From assembly GCA_051003155.1 (NCBI GenBank), contig JBPCLO010000008.1:1-64000 (forward strand): a stretch of DNA of 64,000 bases, in the 5' to 3' direction. This DNA comes from Fimbriimonadales bacterium (GTDB lineage Bacteria > Armatimonadota > Fimbriimonadia > Fimbriimonadales > ATM1). The translations under genes and the position numbers were made by a program. Below, piece after piece: positions 40,768-51,509 of the stretch. Each line of letters opens with the position of its first letter. Position 1 is the first letter of the stretch. The notes under the pieces were generated by a model that did no database searches, was not told the DNA's origin, and saw only the letters and a list, made by a program, of their open reading frames with translations.

Positions 40768-41506
40768 CTGATTCTCCTTTTATGATTCACGCTGGCAGTA
40801 TGCCAGGTTTTAACGCTATTCGCCGATCCCGGCAACTTGTCCTCCCGCTAAATGAGGGAAAATTACTAATGGACCTGCCAAGCGACTGGATCCATCCTGG
40901 CAAAGCCATTGAACTGGTTCCCAGTTTTTTAGATTCCAACGGTTTATGGGCTTCGCTCGGTAGGTCATTGCTCCATACTGGCCGCCAAAATTTTGCTTAC
41001 TATGGAGGCTAGATTTAGGTATCTAACCCTCTTATTCAGGCTTTATTTCTCCTTCCGGCTTGTAGCTGATCCTCACGCCGGCTGCCGACAGCCTGCCCCC
41101 GTGAGCTGGCTCGGGTTCGGGACGTCGACGGTTTGCGTGTCCGAAATAGCTGCAGTCCCCATGCGGCCCGAGATCGAGTCGCACTGGGATGTTAGTCCAC
41201 CATGAGACCGTTTTTTAACCGGATCGCTTTCGGAACGCAGGCATCTGTCGCCTCCGGGGAGGCACTCGCAGGCTGGAAGCAGGCACGGATGCCTCCAGCC
41301 GATTTCGCTGCGCCCCCAGCCGCGAAAATGAGTGCCACTATCTATCTGACCAGTACTTATACTGGTTTATCAACCTTTGCGGTATATGCGTTGCGCGAAA
41401 CGGCGAAGTTTGTGCAAGAATATGCAGGTAAGTAATAAGGGGGTTGAAGGTTATGCCCAATGCTCCCAATAATTCAATTCCTATATATTGGAAGGAGAAA
41501 GTAGAG

Positions 41507-42175
41507 ATGAAATTCAATCGATTAGTAGTGGCAGGCGCCGCTCTTTTCTGCCTCGCCGGCAATTCGTTTGCTGCCCAGTTGTTCTACGGAGGCGACTTTG
41601 ACGGCGTCAATGGCTTGGCCGTTGATTTCGACGCCTTCACGTTCGATGACTTCGATATCACCGGCCCTGGAGCCGTCGTCGACAGCGTCTACGGCAACTG
41701 CCTCAGCAACGCCGACTTCGCCAGCATGGTCATGACCTGGGAGATCCGCAGCGGTATCTCTGAAGGCAATGGCGGCGTGCTTGAAGCCAGCGGCTCGGGT
41801 ACACCTACTGTTACCCCCACGGGACGCAGCGGCTTCGGCTTCACTGAGTACAACATTCGCATCAGCGGCCTCGCCGTGGCTTTAAACGCCGGTACGTACT
41901 TCTTCGGAATGAACGTTGGCGAAGACGCCTTTGGTGGCAGAACCTTCGTTTCGACGACGAGTGGCGCCAACAGCGTCGGCTCGCCGATCGCAAACGGCAA
42001 CTCGTTCTTCAACAGCGGCTTCTTCGGCTTCACCTATAGCAGCACTGCCAACGTTCTTGGCGCTGAAGCTGACTTCTCCTATGGAATCGACGGCGAAGCG
42101 GTTCCCGAGCCCGCGACACTGGTCGCCCTCGGCGTTGGCCTTGCAGCACTCGCTGCTCGCCGCCGCAGAAGCTAA
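41507..42175 (+). CDS. PEP-CTERM sorting-domain secreted protein
   Basis: MKFNRLVVAGAALFCLAGNSFA signal peptide; VPEPATLVALGVGLAALAARRRRS tail. Confidence 0.92.
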   Translation: MKFNRLVVAGAALFCLAGNSFAAQLFYGGDFDGVNGLAVDFDAFTFDDFDITGPGAVVDSVYGNCLSNADFASMVMTWEIRSGISEGNGGVLEASGSGTPTVTPTGRSGFGFTEYNIRISGLAVALNAGTYFFGMNVGEDAFGGRTFVSTTSGANSVGSPIANGNSFFNSGFFGFTYSSTANVLGAEADFSYGIDGEAVPEPATLVALGVGLAALAARRRRS

Positions 42176-42203
42176 GACGTTTAGCTAAGCAGCTAAGAAA
42201 ATT

Positions 42204-42232
42204 GAAGCCGGCCCCCGGGTCGGCTTCTTTTT
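42204..42232 (+). terminator. Intrinsic terminator
   Basis: gaagccggc-ccccgg-gtcggcttc followed by ttttt. Confidence 0.8.
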
Positions 42233-42310
42233 GTTCTATCGTCTTTCACCAACTGAGAGAACATCCTGGGCGTCGACCCATGAGACGTCTGTGATGTCGA
42301 CGTTGAAACC

Positions 42311-42385
42311 GTTCCCGGGCCGACGACGTTGGTCGCCCTCGGCGTTGGCCTTGCAGCTCTCGCTGCTCGCCTCCGCAGAAGCTTA
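42311..42385 (+). repeat. Near-identical orphan copy of the PEP-CTERM tail coded at 42101-42175
   Basis: gttcccgggccgacgacgttggtcgccctcggcgttggccttgcagctctcgctgctcgcctccgcagaagct versus gttcccgagcccgcgacactggtcgccctcggcgttggccttgcagcactcgctgctcgccgccgcagaagct. Confidence 0.85.
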
Positions 42386-42899
42386 GACCGGGCTCGGTAT
42401 TTGATTAGTTCTTCGGCCGTGTAACGAGAGGTTACGACTTTGAGCGATTCTTGCACCGCCGGGTCTATAATCCGGTCCTTATATTCGCGGCCAACGTTCT
42501 CGTAGAGATCGTCCACCCTGCTCGGGTCGACGTGAAAGTTCAGAGCCAGCGCCGTCGTGACAATCTGCAAGGTCCCGAGAGGCGGCAGATGCCTGGCTCT
42601 CCTCGATCTGAGTACGTACTTCGACCAACTCCGTCGAGTTCACAAATGGAACGATTAAATGGATGCCCTCGGACAGTTCTTCGACGACCGCGCCGACCTG
42701 CATTTTTACAGCTCGGTGCCCAGCGGGCACCATGACAACCGAATCAAAGAGAATCCCACTCACGATTAGCAAGGCTCCAACGAGCCTCGCCCCCCAGGCC
42801 CAAATGCTCAGATTAACTGCGTCCGGCGTTCGCTTTGTTCAGGCCAGCGATGACGAAGGAAACCACGAGGACAATGATTCCAAGAAGGGCAATGATCAT
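42386..42899 (-). pseudogene. Prohibitin/SPFH-family pseudogene (internal stop, frameshift, 3' truncated)
   Basis: VPAGHRAV...EGIHLIVPFV...ASRDL | QIVTTALALNFHVDP...IIDPAVQESLKVVTSRYTAEELI, split over two frames. Confidence 0.8.
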
Positions 42900-43067
42900 G
42901 GGTTACCTAAAGGTAGATGACGAAACACTCCCCGGGTTCGACGCTGCGCGTGGGTCGGGGACACGTTTGCGCGGTGTCCACGCTCAGTTACCACCAATGA
43001 GCGAAAATCCGCCCTGTCGCCTCGCGCTCAGCCTTTCCCTAATCACACTCGTTCTGCCTCGGCACAA

Positions 43068-43101
43068 CAAAAAAGACCCCGCTCTTGCGAACGGGGTCTT
43101 C
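43068..43101 (-). terminator. Intrinsic terminator downstream of the 16S rRNA gene
   Basis: Minus strand aagaccccg-ttcgcaagag-cggggtctt followed by a T-run. Confidence 0.85.
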
Positions 43102-43202
43102 TATTCCTGAAAATGGATACGGCGTCAGCAAAGATTGATCGACCTAGGGAAACCCTTTTCCGTGAGAGGAAAAGAGCATCGGTAAAGATGTTACTCCCTA
43201 TA

Positions 43203-44713
<1,511 letters not shown>

Positions 44714-44867
44714 GAATGGTTTGAACTGGCGTTCAATTCGGTTCGAAAACCGATTTTCCGCTGGTTAATATCTCGATCACTTGATCGAGGGTGAAACAAT
44801 CAATGCGTAAAAAACCGTATCCAAATTTCAAGGAACACGCCGTCTCCGGAAGGAGAGGCAGGGGGAT

Positions 44868-44896
44868 AGTATAGACCATCCGCCGCGTTTTGTCAA
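44868..44896 (-). promoter_or_regulatory. sigma70 promoter of the 16S gene
   Basis: TTGACA-17 bp-TATACT; BoxA-like TGTTCCTTGAAA in the leader at about 44826-44837. Confidence 0.85.
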
Positions 44897-45114
44897 GGGC
44901 CGAAGTTGCTTTTCTTGGAAATACCCTTGTCGGGTAATCCCCAGCCCGGGTGTTCACAGACTGCGCGCCATAACTTCGGCCGTCCGTGCGGCGCGGAGCA
45001 ACTCGATATTTGCGTGCTGCCCAAGGTGCCTGTACTAAAGAGACGTCTCCCTGCGCCGCCACCCGCCCTGTCGGAGACTGCAGGAACGTTGATCGGTTTG
45101 TCTCCTGTCTCCCG

Positions 45115-46368
45115 CTACGGCGTCGTCACGGTCCAAACCGTGTGATCCAGCGAACCGATCCAGGGATACACGAATACCGTCGATGTCGGCTTATAGCTGA
45201 CCTTCGCTTTCATCCTGCGATTTTGCGAGTTCACGTATTGGCCGATGTTCTGCGTCACGATGACCTCCACGGTCGAATCCGTCGTCGTGCTGGCGCGGCT
45301 GTCGACCTGTACCCAGGAATTGGAGACGAAATTGAAAAGCTCGATCCTCTGGGTCATGTTCGCGACGGACGTTCTAGCCTCCAGCGCGAACTTCAATGTC
45401 AGGATGTTGTTCGACGGCGCGATCGTCTCGGCGATCAACTGCATCGGGAACTCCGCCGTCGAGAAAACGACCCCGGGACGCCCACGGAGTCTGTCGTCGT
45501 CGCTATACCAAAGGCTGCCCAAATCGCCGCCCATCAGCGAGCCTCGGAAGAACGAGAAAGAGACGGGGGTCAAAACGGTCTGCGTCCCGCCGACCTCGAT
45601 CTTGAGAAGGAAGTTCGCCTCGTTCGGAGGTCCCCCAAAGTTGTCCTGCTCGTCGTCGTGATAAATCCCGTCCTCGGGATTGGCGTCAAACCAAAAAACG
45701 TCGTCGCTGCTGCCAACTGCTACGCCACCCCCGCCAAAACCCGGCTGGACGAACGGGATGAACGCGCCTTCACCGCTGGGGTCGGGCTCGCGGAACTGCT
45801 GGGCGAAGAAACAGCCGCCGTCGGGAACTGTTACGTTGATCTGGCCGCCGATGTCAAAAGTTATCATCCAAAAACCGGGCTCCGGACGCGAAAAGAAGCC
45901 TCCGAAATCGGCGATCACGCCGCTGAACGAGCTCTCGCCGCTGGGCTGACCGGGAACATGTGTGTCGAACACCTGCCAGCGAACCAAGAACTGTTGGGTC
46001 GCTTCGATATTCCAGAAAACGGTGAGATGCCGCCATGGCGCGCCTTGGCCCGCGGACGTCATTACGATATCGTCGAGCGCGCTGGGCATGGAGCCAGACG
46101 CCGCGAAGTGCGAGCTGTCTCCATTGTCGTTGTGGTAGGCCGTAATGAGATCGGCGCCCGGAAGCGGAATCTCGTTTACGCCAGGCGCGTCGCCGATACG
46201 AACTGCGTGGTACGGAATCTCCCGACCGGCGACGCTTTGGTATGTGCCGTCCGGAAGACGTACCGAGCCGAAGGTCGTTTTCATGGCGCCCCACGATTCG
46301 TTTCGCTGAGAGGCGGCAGGGGCGAATGCGGCGAGAATTAAGAGGACGACATAAAGTACCCGTTTCAT
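45115..46368 (-). CDS. Secreted hypothetical protein with a distinct ~150-aa beta-rich C-terminal domain
   Basis: Signal peptide MKRVLYVVLLILAAFAPA; long ORF; C-terminal domain starting TPVSFSFFRG...GDLGSL..SDD. Confidence 0.8.
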   Translation of the reverse strand: MKRVLYVVLLILAAFAPAASQRNESWGAMKTTFGSVRLPDGTYQSVAGREIPYHAVRIGDAPGVNEIPLPGADLITAYHNDNGDSSHFAASGSMPSALDDIVMTSAGQGAPWRHLTVFWNIEATQQFLVRWQVFDTHVPGQPSGESSFSGVIADFGGFFSRPEPGFWMITFDIGGQINVTVPDGGCFFAQQFREPDPSGEGAFIPFVQPGFGGGGVAVGSSDDVFWFDANPEDGIYHDDEQDNFGGPPNEANFLLKIEVGGTQTVLTPVSFSFFRGSLMGGDLGSLWYSDDDRLRGRPGVVFSTAEFPMQLIAETIAPSNNILTLKFALEARTSVANMTQRIELFNFVSNSWVQVDSRASTTTDSTVEVIVTQNIGQYVNSQNRRMKAKVSYKPTSTVFVYPWIGSLDHTVWTVTTP

Positions 46369-46493
46369 ATGCTTCTCCAAGAATAGAATGATACACCGAT
46401 TGGCTCGGCCGTACTTTTATAGATGATTCCCGAACACGTTTGTTCCGCACGAAATGGAAAGGATCGGCGTACTAAGAACGGAGGACGTATCTA

Positions 46494-46661
46494 ATGAAGA
46501 AGAAATTTTCACTTATCCTTGCCTCGATATCGCTCGTCTCATTCGCCTTGCTCTCAACCGGTTGCACGGTTCAAGAAGACGACCCGGACACAATAGTCAC
46601 GCCCGACTCGCCGGATGTGAAGGTCACGCCCCCGGCCGGCGGCAAGGTCGAAATCGACTGA
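46494..46661 (+). CDS. Small (55 aa) lipoprotein, not in the ORF track
   Basis: MKKKFSLILASISLVSFALLSTG-CTVQEDDPDTIVTPDSPDVKVTPPAGGKVEID*; RBS ggagg. Confidence 0.75.
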   Translation: MKKKFSLILASISLVSFALLSTGCTVQEDDPDTIVTPDSPDVKVTPPAGGKVEID

Positions 46662-46701
46662 CCCTTATTGTAAAATTGTGCTCTGAGCGCATATTCCGCG
46701 C

Positions 46702-47186
46702 ATGACCACGACCCGGCTCGAGGGATTCAGCGATGGCGTGAAGCCGTCCTGATTTTGCTGAGCTTTGTCTTCGTGGGAACCTACGGGAACAACCACCACC
46801 ACGTGCTCCAAGCGACGCAGCGAATCAACGGCAAGATTCTGTGGGCCAACCTTCACCTGTTCTTTTGACTTTCGCTCGCGCAGTTTGCAACGGCATGGAT
46901 GGGTGAGAACCACGCTGAGCCCGTGCCGACCGCGTTCTACGGCGTCGTCGTGCTGGCATCTGCCATCGCGTATACGGTTCTGCAGACTCAAATCGTGCAC
47001 ACCACGGACCCGAGTCGCCGCTTAAACACGCCTTGGGAACGACCTTAAGGGCAAAGCCTCGATGATTGCGTACTTCGCCGCAATACCGCTCGCGTTTGTC
47101 CAAACCGGGCTGTCGATAGCGCTATACGTCTTCGTCGCGCTGATTTGGCTCGCCCCGATCGAAGGATCGAGAGGCAATTAAGTTAG
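46702..47186 (+). pseudogene. TMEM175-family potassium channel pseudogene
   Basis: MTTTRLEGFSDGV, then a deletion, then LSFVFVGTYGNNHHH...WANLHLFF*LSL...WMGENH and frameshifts before NDLKGKAS...IWLAP. Confidence 0.8.
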
Positions 47187-48371
47187 CTACCGATCGAGAA
47201 CCGGCGCGGTGGGAAAGAAGTACTCGTCGTCGAGGCCCAGCGCTTCCGGCGGAACGTTCATCGCGATATTGTCCGTCGACTCGATCATGGCGATTACCAT
47301 TGGGAACTTGCCCGGCGGAGCCCATTTAGTAAACTTCGAGTCGCCCCAAGCCTGCGCCTCGGCGTAAGCTCTAAAGCGAATCACACGGTTGTTGGCTGCG
47401 TCGAGGTCCATTTCGCCGCGGATCGTACCGCCGAGGCCGCGGCTTCCGTCTGAAAGCTTTTGTGTGAACGCTCCTCTAAAACTGTATAGAAGTTTGCCCT
47501 TGGATTTGCCGAGAGGCTTCATCGTGAAATCGGCCCTCTTAACTTGGCCCGCAAGCCACATGTCGGGCTCTCCGCGAACGTTGTCGACCAAATGATATCG
47601 AACAATCCTCCCCGCCAGGGCATCGGGCATCTTGAATCCGCTCCCATTCGCCCCCGCGGCGATAATCGCCTTCACGTCGGAACCGATTATCCACAGATGG
47701 TCTCGGCCGACGCTCTTGTTAAGCGAGTTCGCTGCCAGCGGAACCGGCCGCACACGCGTGTAGACCCGAACAACGGAGACGGTTGGATCGGGTGACCGCG
47801 AAAAGACGCCCTCGGAGCCTTCGGTAGAAATCGCGAGCTGTATCGGCGGATGAGCGTGGAAGGCGTCCCGCGCCTCCGTAAGCATTCGGATGACCACTTT
47901 TGCGTCGCGCACATTTTCGAATCCGTAGGCAGTCCCGTCGGCAGCCACCGTGTAGAAGCCTTGCACGGTTTGCCCTGATCGCACCCGATAGTTGACTTTG
48001 CCGGCGGTCGACATAAACCACCTGGACGCACCCGTACGGCTCCATGCCAGTTCGGCGATGTTGCCGGCCACCGGAATGAAATCGTTCTGAAGGGTTCTGA
48101 TAACTTTAGGGTCGTTGAATGTGAACACACGGTCCAGCAAGCCGTTGTTTCACGTGCTGCCGAGCGGGTTCCCGTTCATCATCCAAAGGAACATCGGTTT
48201 TTGAGATTGCTGGGCCTCGATGCGCGCGGATGTAAGGTCCATACGCCACGGGATCTGAAGCCACGTCTCCTCCTTGGCCGTGGGCAGAACCGACGCGACC
48301 TGCTTGTCGAGCAGAGGATCACTAACACCGCTTGATAATGCCGCCGCCACAGCGAACAGTTGGACCAGCAT
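47187..48371 (-). CDS. Probable exported selenoprotein, thioredoxin-like N-terminal domain (394 aa with UGA read-through at codon 74)
   Basis: ORFs 48150-48371 and 47187-48140 are in one frame: ...KPMFLWMMNGNPLGST-TGA-NNG-LLDRVFTFNDPKVIRTLQNDFIPVA; a hairpin follows the UGA. Confidence 0.7.
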
Positions 48372-48392
48372 GCCCTAGTTTGGCACGCTTTC

Positions 48393-48842
48393 CTATCCGA
48401 GAGCCTGGAGAATCTCCTCGGCGTGCCCCACGGGCTCGACCTTGCTCCAAATCTTGACGATCTTCCCGTTCTCATCCAGGAGGAACGATGTCCGTTCGAT
48501 TCCCATGTATTTCTTGCCGTACATCGACTTCTCGACCCAGACCCCGCAAGACTCGGCCAACATGTGGTCCTGGTCGGCGAGCAGAGTAAACAACAGGTTG
48601 TACTTCGCGATGAACTTGCGGTGCGACGCTGGACTGTCAGGACTTACGCCCAGCACCCTCACTTCGGAGAAACGCGGGAACGCTTCACGAATTCCGCAGG
48701 CTTCAGCGGTACATCCGCTCGTGTCGTCCTTTGGATAGAAGTAAATCAGCGCCTTCTGCCTCGTAATGCCTACCAAGGTTACACGGTTTCCGTCTTGGTC
48801 GGGCAAATCGAATGAGGGAAAAACATCGCCTTCCTTGAGCAT
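48393..48842 (-). CDS. bcp: Thioredoxin-dependent peroxiredoxin Bcp/PrxQ
   Basis: YFYPKDDTSGCTAEAC, GVSPD and GIERTSF motifs. Confidence 0.95.
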   Translation of the reverse strand: MLKEGDVFPSFDLPDQDGNRVTLVGITRQKALIYFYPKDDTSGCTAEACGIREAFPRFSEVRVLGVSPDSPASHRKFIAKYNLLFTLLADQDHMLAESCGVWVEKSMYGKKYMGIERTSFLLDENGKIVKIWSKVEPVGHAEEILQALG

Positions 48843-48850
48843 GTCTATGT

Positions 48851-50158
48851 TTACCTGCAGATCCGTTCGATGATAGCGTTTTGAATCTCCCTTGGGCGCG
48901 CCGCCTTGCCCGCGTAGTGGTTGAACATGATCGCGAAGAGCACCCGCTTTCGCTGGCCGGGCACTGCGACGGGCGTAAGCTTCCCAATGTCGCCGGCGGC
49001 GGTCGTTGCAGTGCCCGACGTGGCCATTCCAACGATGCTGCAGATTCCGCTGAGCGTGCCCGTCTTAGCTCGCACGTCCAGCCCCACGAGCCGACTGCGG
49101 AGCGTCCCTTCGCCCGCCTTCGCAAACGAGGCCGCCAGAACAGGCCCGTGCTCGCGGAGCAGTTCCCACTCCAACAGCTGCACGAGCGCTCGCGGAGTAA
49201 TCTCGTTGAAGCGTGAAAGGCCGCAGCCATCCGAAAGCCGATACGCGTCCGGCGCGATCGCGATTTTGCGCAGCATCTTCTCGGCCAAGGCGAGTGCGTC
49301 GTCCCACGACCCGGATTTTCCACCGACGGCTCCGCATAGCCTCAAAAGAGTCTCGGCGCAGTGGTTGTTGGAGTTCGTCATTGTCTCGCGGAGAATCTGC
49401 GCCACGTCGCGAGGCGAGTGCTCAAGAGCGTGCGACGGCCGCGGCGCCTTGCCCCGGCGCGCGGAGTTGCCTAGGATTTTTGCGGCACATAACGCCGGGT
49501 CGGGGAGGCTGACGGTACCGAGTTTTCGCGTGCCGGGCAGCTCGTTCCTTATTTTCAAGGTCCAGCTTCCAAAATCGCGATGCAAAACGAGATCGCCTGC
49601 TCCTATTTGGCGCAGCAGCTGGATTCCGAAATTCCGGGGCTCTAGGAATATCCGCCCTCCCTCGGCCATGACATCGGCCTCTCCGTAGTTAACTGTCAGT
49701 GCGCTCACGGGCGCAGCGTCCCCCCGCATCATGTCGCCGTATTCCCAGCCCAGATTAACACGGTCGGGGCCGAGCAGCCCGTCGTCGAACACAAGCGCGT
49801 CGCCATGCTCGATGCCCAGGCGGTCTTTGATCGATACCAGTTCATCGACCGTCAGCCCCGGATCTCCGCCGCCGACCAGGAACGCCTTCTTGCCTTCCCG
49901 CCACGCCGTTGTTTTCGGCCGATAGGTAGGGCCTAGAGTCTCGAGCGTAAGCACCGAGGTGACAAGTTTCAATACGCTCGCAGGGATGAGCCTCTTGTCC
50001 GCATTCCGATCGAATAAGACGGCGCCATCCAGTTCCTTCACAAAGACTCCGACGGACGCTCGGCTGAGGGCCGGATCGTCGAGAATCCTCAAAATGTCCT
50101 GGCCCAGATCGGCCTGCTGTGCCGTGAAGAGAACGAGCGCGCCCAGGATGTTCAGCAT
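48851..50158 (-). CDS. dacB: D-Ala-D-Ala carboxypeptidase/endopeptidase (S13, PBP4)
   Basis: PASVLK (SxxK), SNN, DGCGLSR and AKTGTL motifs. Confidence 0.92.
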   Translation of the reverse strand: MLNILGALVLFTAQQADLGQDILRILDDPALSRASVGVFVKELDGAVLFDRNADKRLIPASVLKLVTSVLTLETLGPTYRPKTTAWREGKKAFLVGGGDPGLTVDELVSIKDRLGIEHGDALVFDDGLLGPDRVNLGWEYGDMMRGDAAPVSALTVNYGEADVMAEGGRIFLEPRNFGIQLLRQIGAGDLVLHRDFGSWTLKIRNELPGTRKLGTVSLPDPALCAAKILGNSARRGKAPRPSHALEHSPRDVAQILRETMTNSNNHCAETLLRLCGAVGGKSGSWDDALALAEKMLRKIAIAPDAYRLSDGCGLSRFNEITPRALVQLLEWELLREHGPVLAASFAKAGEGTLRSRLVGLDVRAKTGTLSGICSIVGMATSGTATTAAGDIGKLTPVAVPGQRKRVLFAIMFNHYAGKAARPREIQNAIIERICR

Positions 50159-50308
50159 GGGGCACAGTTTCCCACAGAAAGACCCGCGAAGCAAGTGCAT
50201 CCGCAATAAGCTCAATAAGCTGTCCTCATCCCCCCGAGAGTGAGGACATTGATTCTCAGCTTGTAGATTAAGATTCGTTAGGGATTTAGACCTATTTTAT
50301 CAGAGAAC

Positions 50309-50338
50309 TTGACATACATCACAGACTTTCCGTAATAT
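50309..50338 (+). promoter_or_regulatory. Candidate sigma70 promoter for the ECF sigma gene
   Basis: TTGACA-18 bp-TAATAT. Confidence 0.5.
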
Positions 50339-50383
50339 CTTCAAACCGCAACTAGGATGCGGCTTAGGAGAAGAAGAAATTAA

Positions 50384-50962
50384 ATGAACACAGCTTCGAT
50401 CCATACGGAAGGCGAGTTGATCATGAAGGCGGCCAAGGGTTGCCGACGCTCGTTCGACGAGTTGGTGGATCGGCATTACCAGGGTGTCTACGCTCATGCG
50501 TTCCGCATCCTGAGAAACGGCGAAGACGCTGCGGACGCCACGCAAACGGCGTTCGTGAAGGCCCACCGTTCGCTAAAGGAGTTCGACCGGACGCGCCCCC
50601 TGCGCCCATGGCTCTACCGAATCTGCGGCAATGTCTGTATTGACATGGCGCGCGCCAAGCACAGGACCGACGAGGACCTGGACAAGCACGCCTACATGCT
50701 CGAGGCCCATGACCGGCCGGAGGAAGTTCTCGAGAATAGTGAGCTGCAAAGCAAGATTCACAGGGCAATATCGAACTTGCCGGAGCGATATCGGCGTATA
50801 GTAGTATTGAGGCATTACCAACAGATGGACGTCGAGGAGATCGCCAACATGGTCGGCGCTCCCGAGGGAACCATCAAGAGCTGGCTCTTTAGAGCGCGCG
50901 CTCTGCTCCGCAGGGAGCTGGCCCCATTTATCGAACACGGCCTCAAAGAAGCGACCGCGTGA
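50384..50962 (+). CDS. ECF RNA polymerase sigma factor
   Basis: Region 2 DAADATQTAF...WLYRI; region 4 EEIANMVGAPEGTIKSWLFRAR. Confidence 0.93.
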   Translation: MNTASIHTEGELIMKAAKGCRRSFDELVDRHYQGVYAHAFRILRNGEDAADATQTAFVKAHRSLKEFDRTRPLRPWLYRICGNVCIDMARAKHRTDEDLDKHAYMLEAHDRPEEVLENSELQSKIHRAISNLPERYRRIVVLRHYQQMDVEEIANMVGAPEGTIKSWLFRARALLRRELAPFIEHGLKEATA

Positions 50963-51174
50963 AGTGTAAATTAGCTCAAGCCGAACTCGACGACGTCCTG
51001 GATGGTAAAGAAGCCATCCAGACCCGACGGCACTTACTAGAGTGCGCCGACTGCCGTGGCGCCCTCGGTAGGAGGCGGCTCTTGCGCCGGCTTAAGCAAG
51101 ACGCTGCACCCCTGGGCCCCGCCTTCCCGCGATACGAATCATCCCGCTCTTCTCACGGGCCTGCTCAAATTTAG
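50959..51174 (+). CDS. Zinc-finger (ZAS) anti-sigma-like short protein, possibly truncated
   Basis: GTGA overlap with the sigma gene; N-terminal Cys plus HLLECADC (HxxxCxxC). Confidence 0.65.
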   Translation: MKCKLAQAELDDVLDGKEAIQTRRHLLECADCRGALGRRRLLRRLKQDAAPLGPAFPRYESSRSSHGPAQI

Positions 51175-51509
51175 CCGCCTAAGAGCCACCGACAGGGCCC
51201 GGAACGTCGGATTGCAGAATCTGACGCTCGATGTAGCCACAGCCTTCCTGGAGGACACGGGAATCCCCGACATCTCCCAATCGGCCCGTGTGAACAAATC
51301 GACAAACCTTGCTCGCAATTGCGCCAAATAATCGGCCGGCATTGTCACTGAAACTCCCCTGTAATTCCAATTCTAGGGAGTAAATTTTGGGGAGCCAATA
51401 TTTTTAGCGGGCTGGAGACCTGCGTGGGGGATGTATCACATGATTCGATCGGCTCCAGGTCTGCAGACCTCAGTCTCCAATCGTCCCCGCAGCCGGTAGA
51501 ATCTTGCCG

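Noticed and set aside
42170..42198. Three AGCTAAG copies after the PEP-CTERM stop codon
   Set aside because: Too short and irregular to be CRISPR or a meaningful array.
44986..46341. 451-aa plus-strand ORF
   Set aside because: Antisense to the signal-peptide-bearing gene at 45115-46368.
46866..46868. In-frame TGA at a conserved Trp of the TMEM175 remnant (possible UGA recoding)
   Set aside because: The gene also has a deletion and frameshifts, and TGA is used as a normal stop elsewhere in the window, so this is a nonsense mutation.
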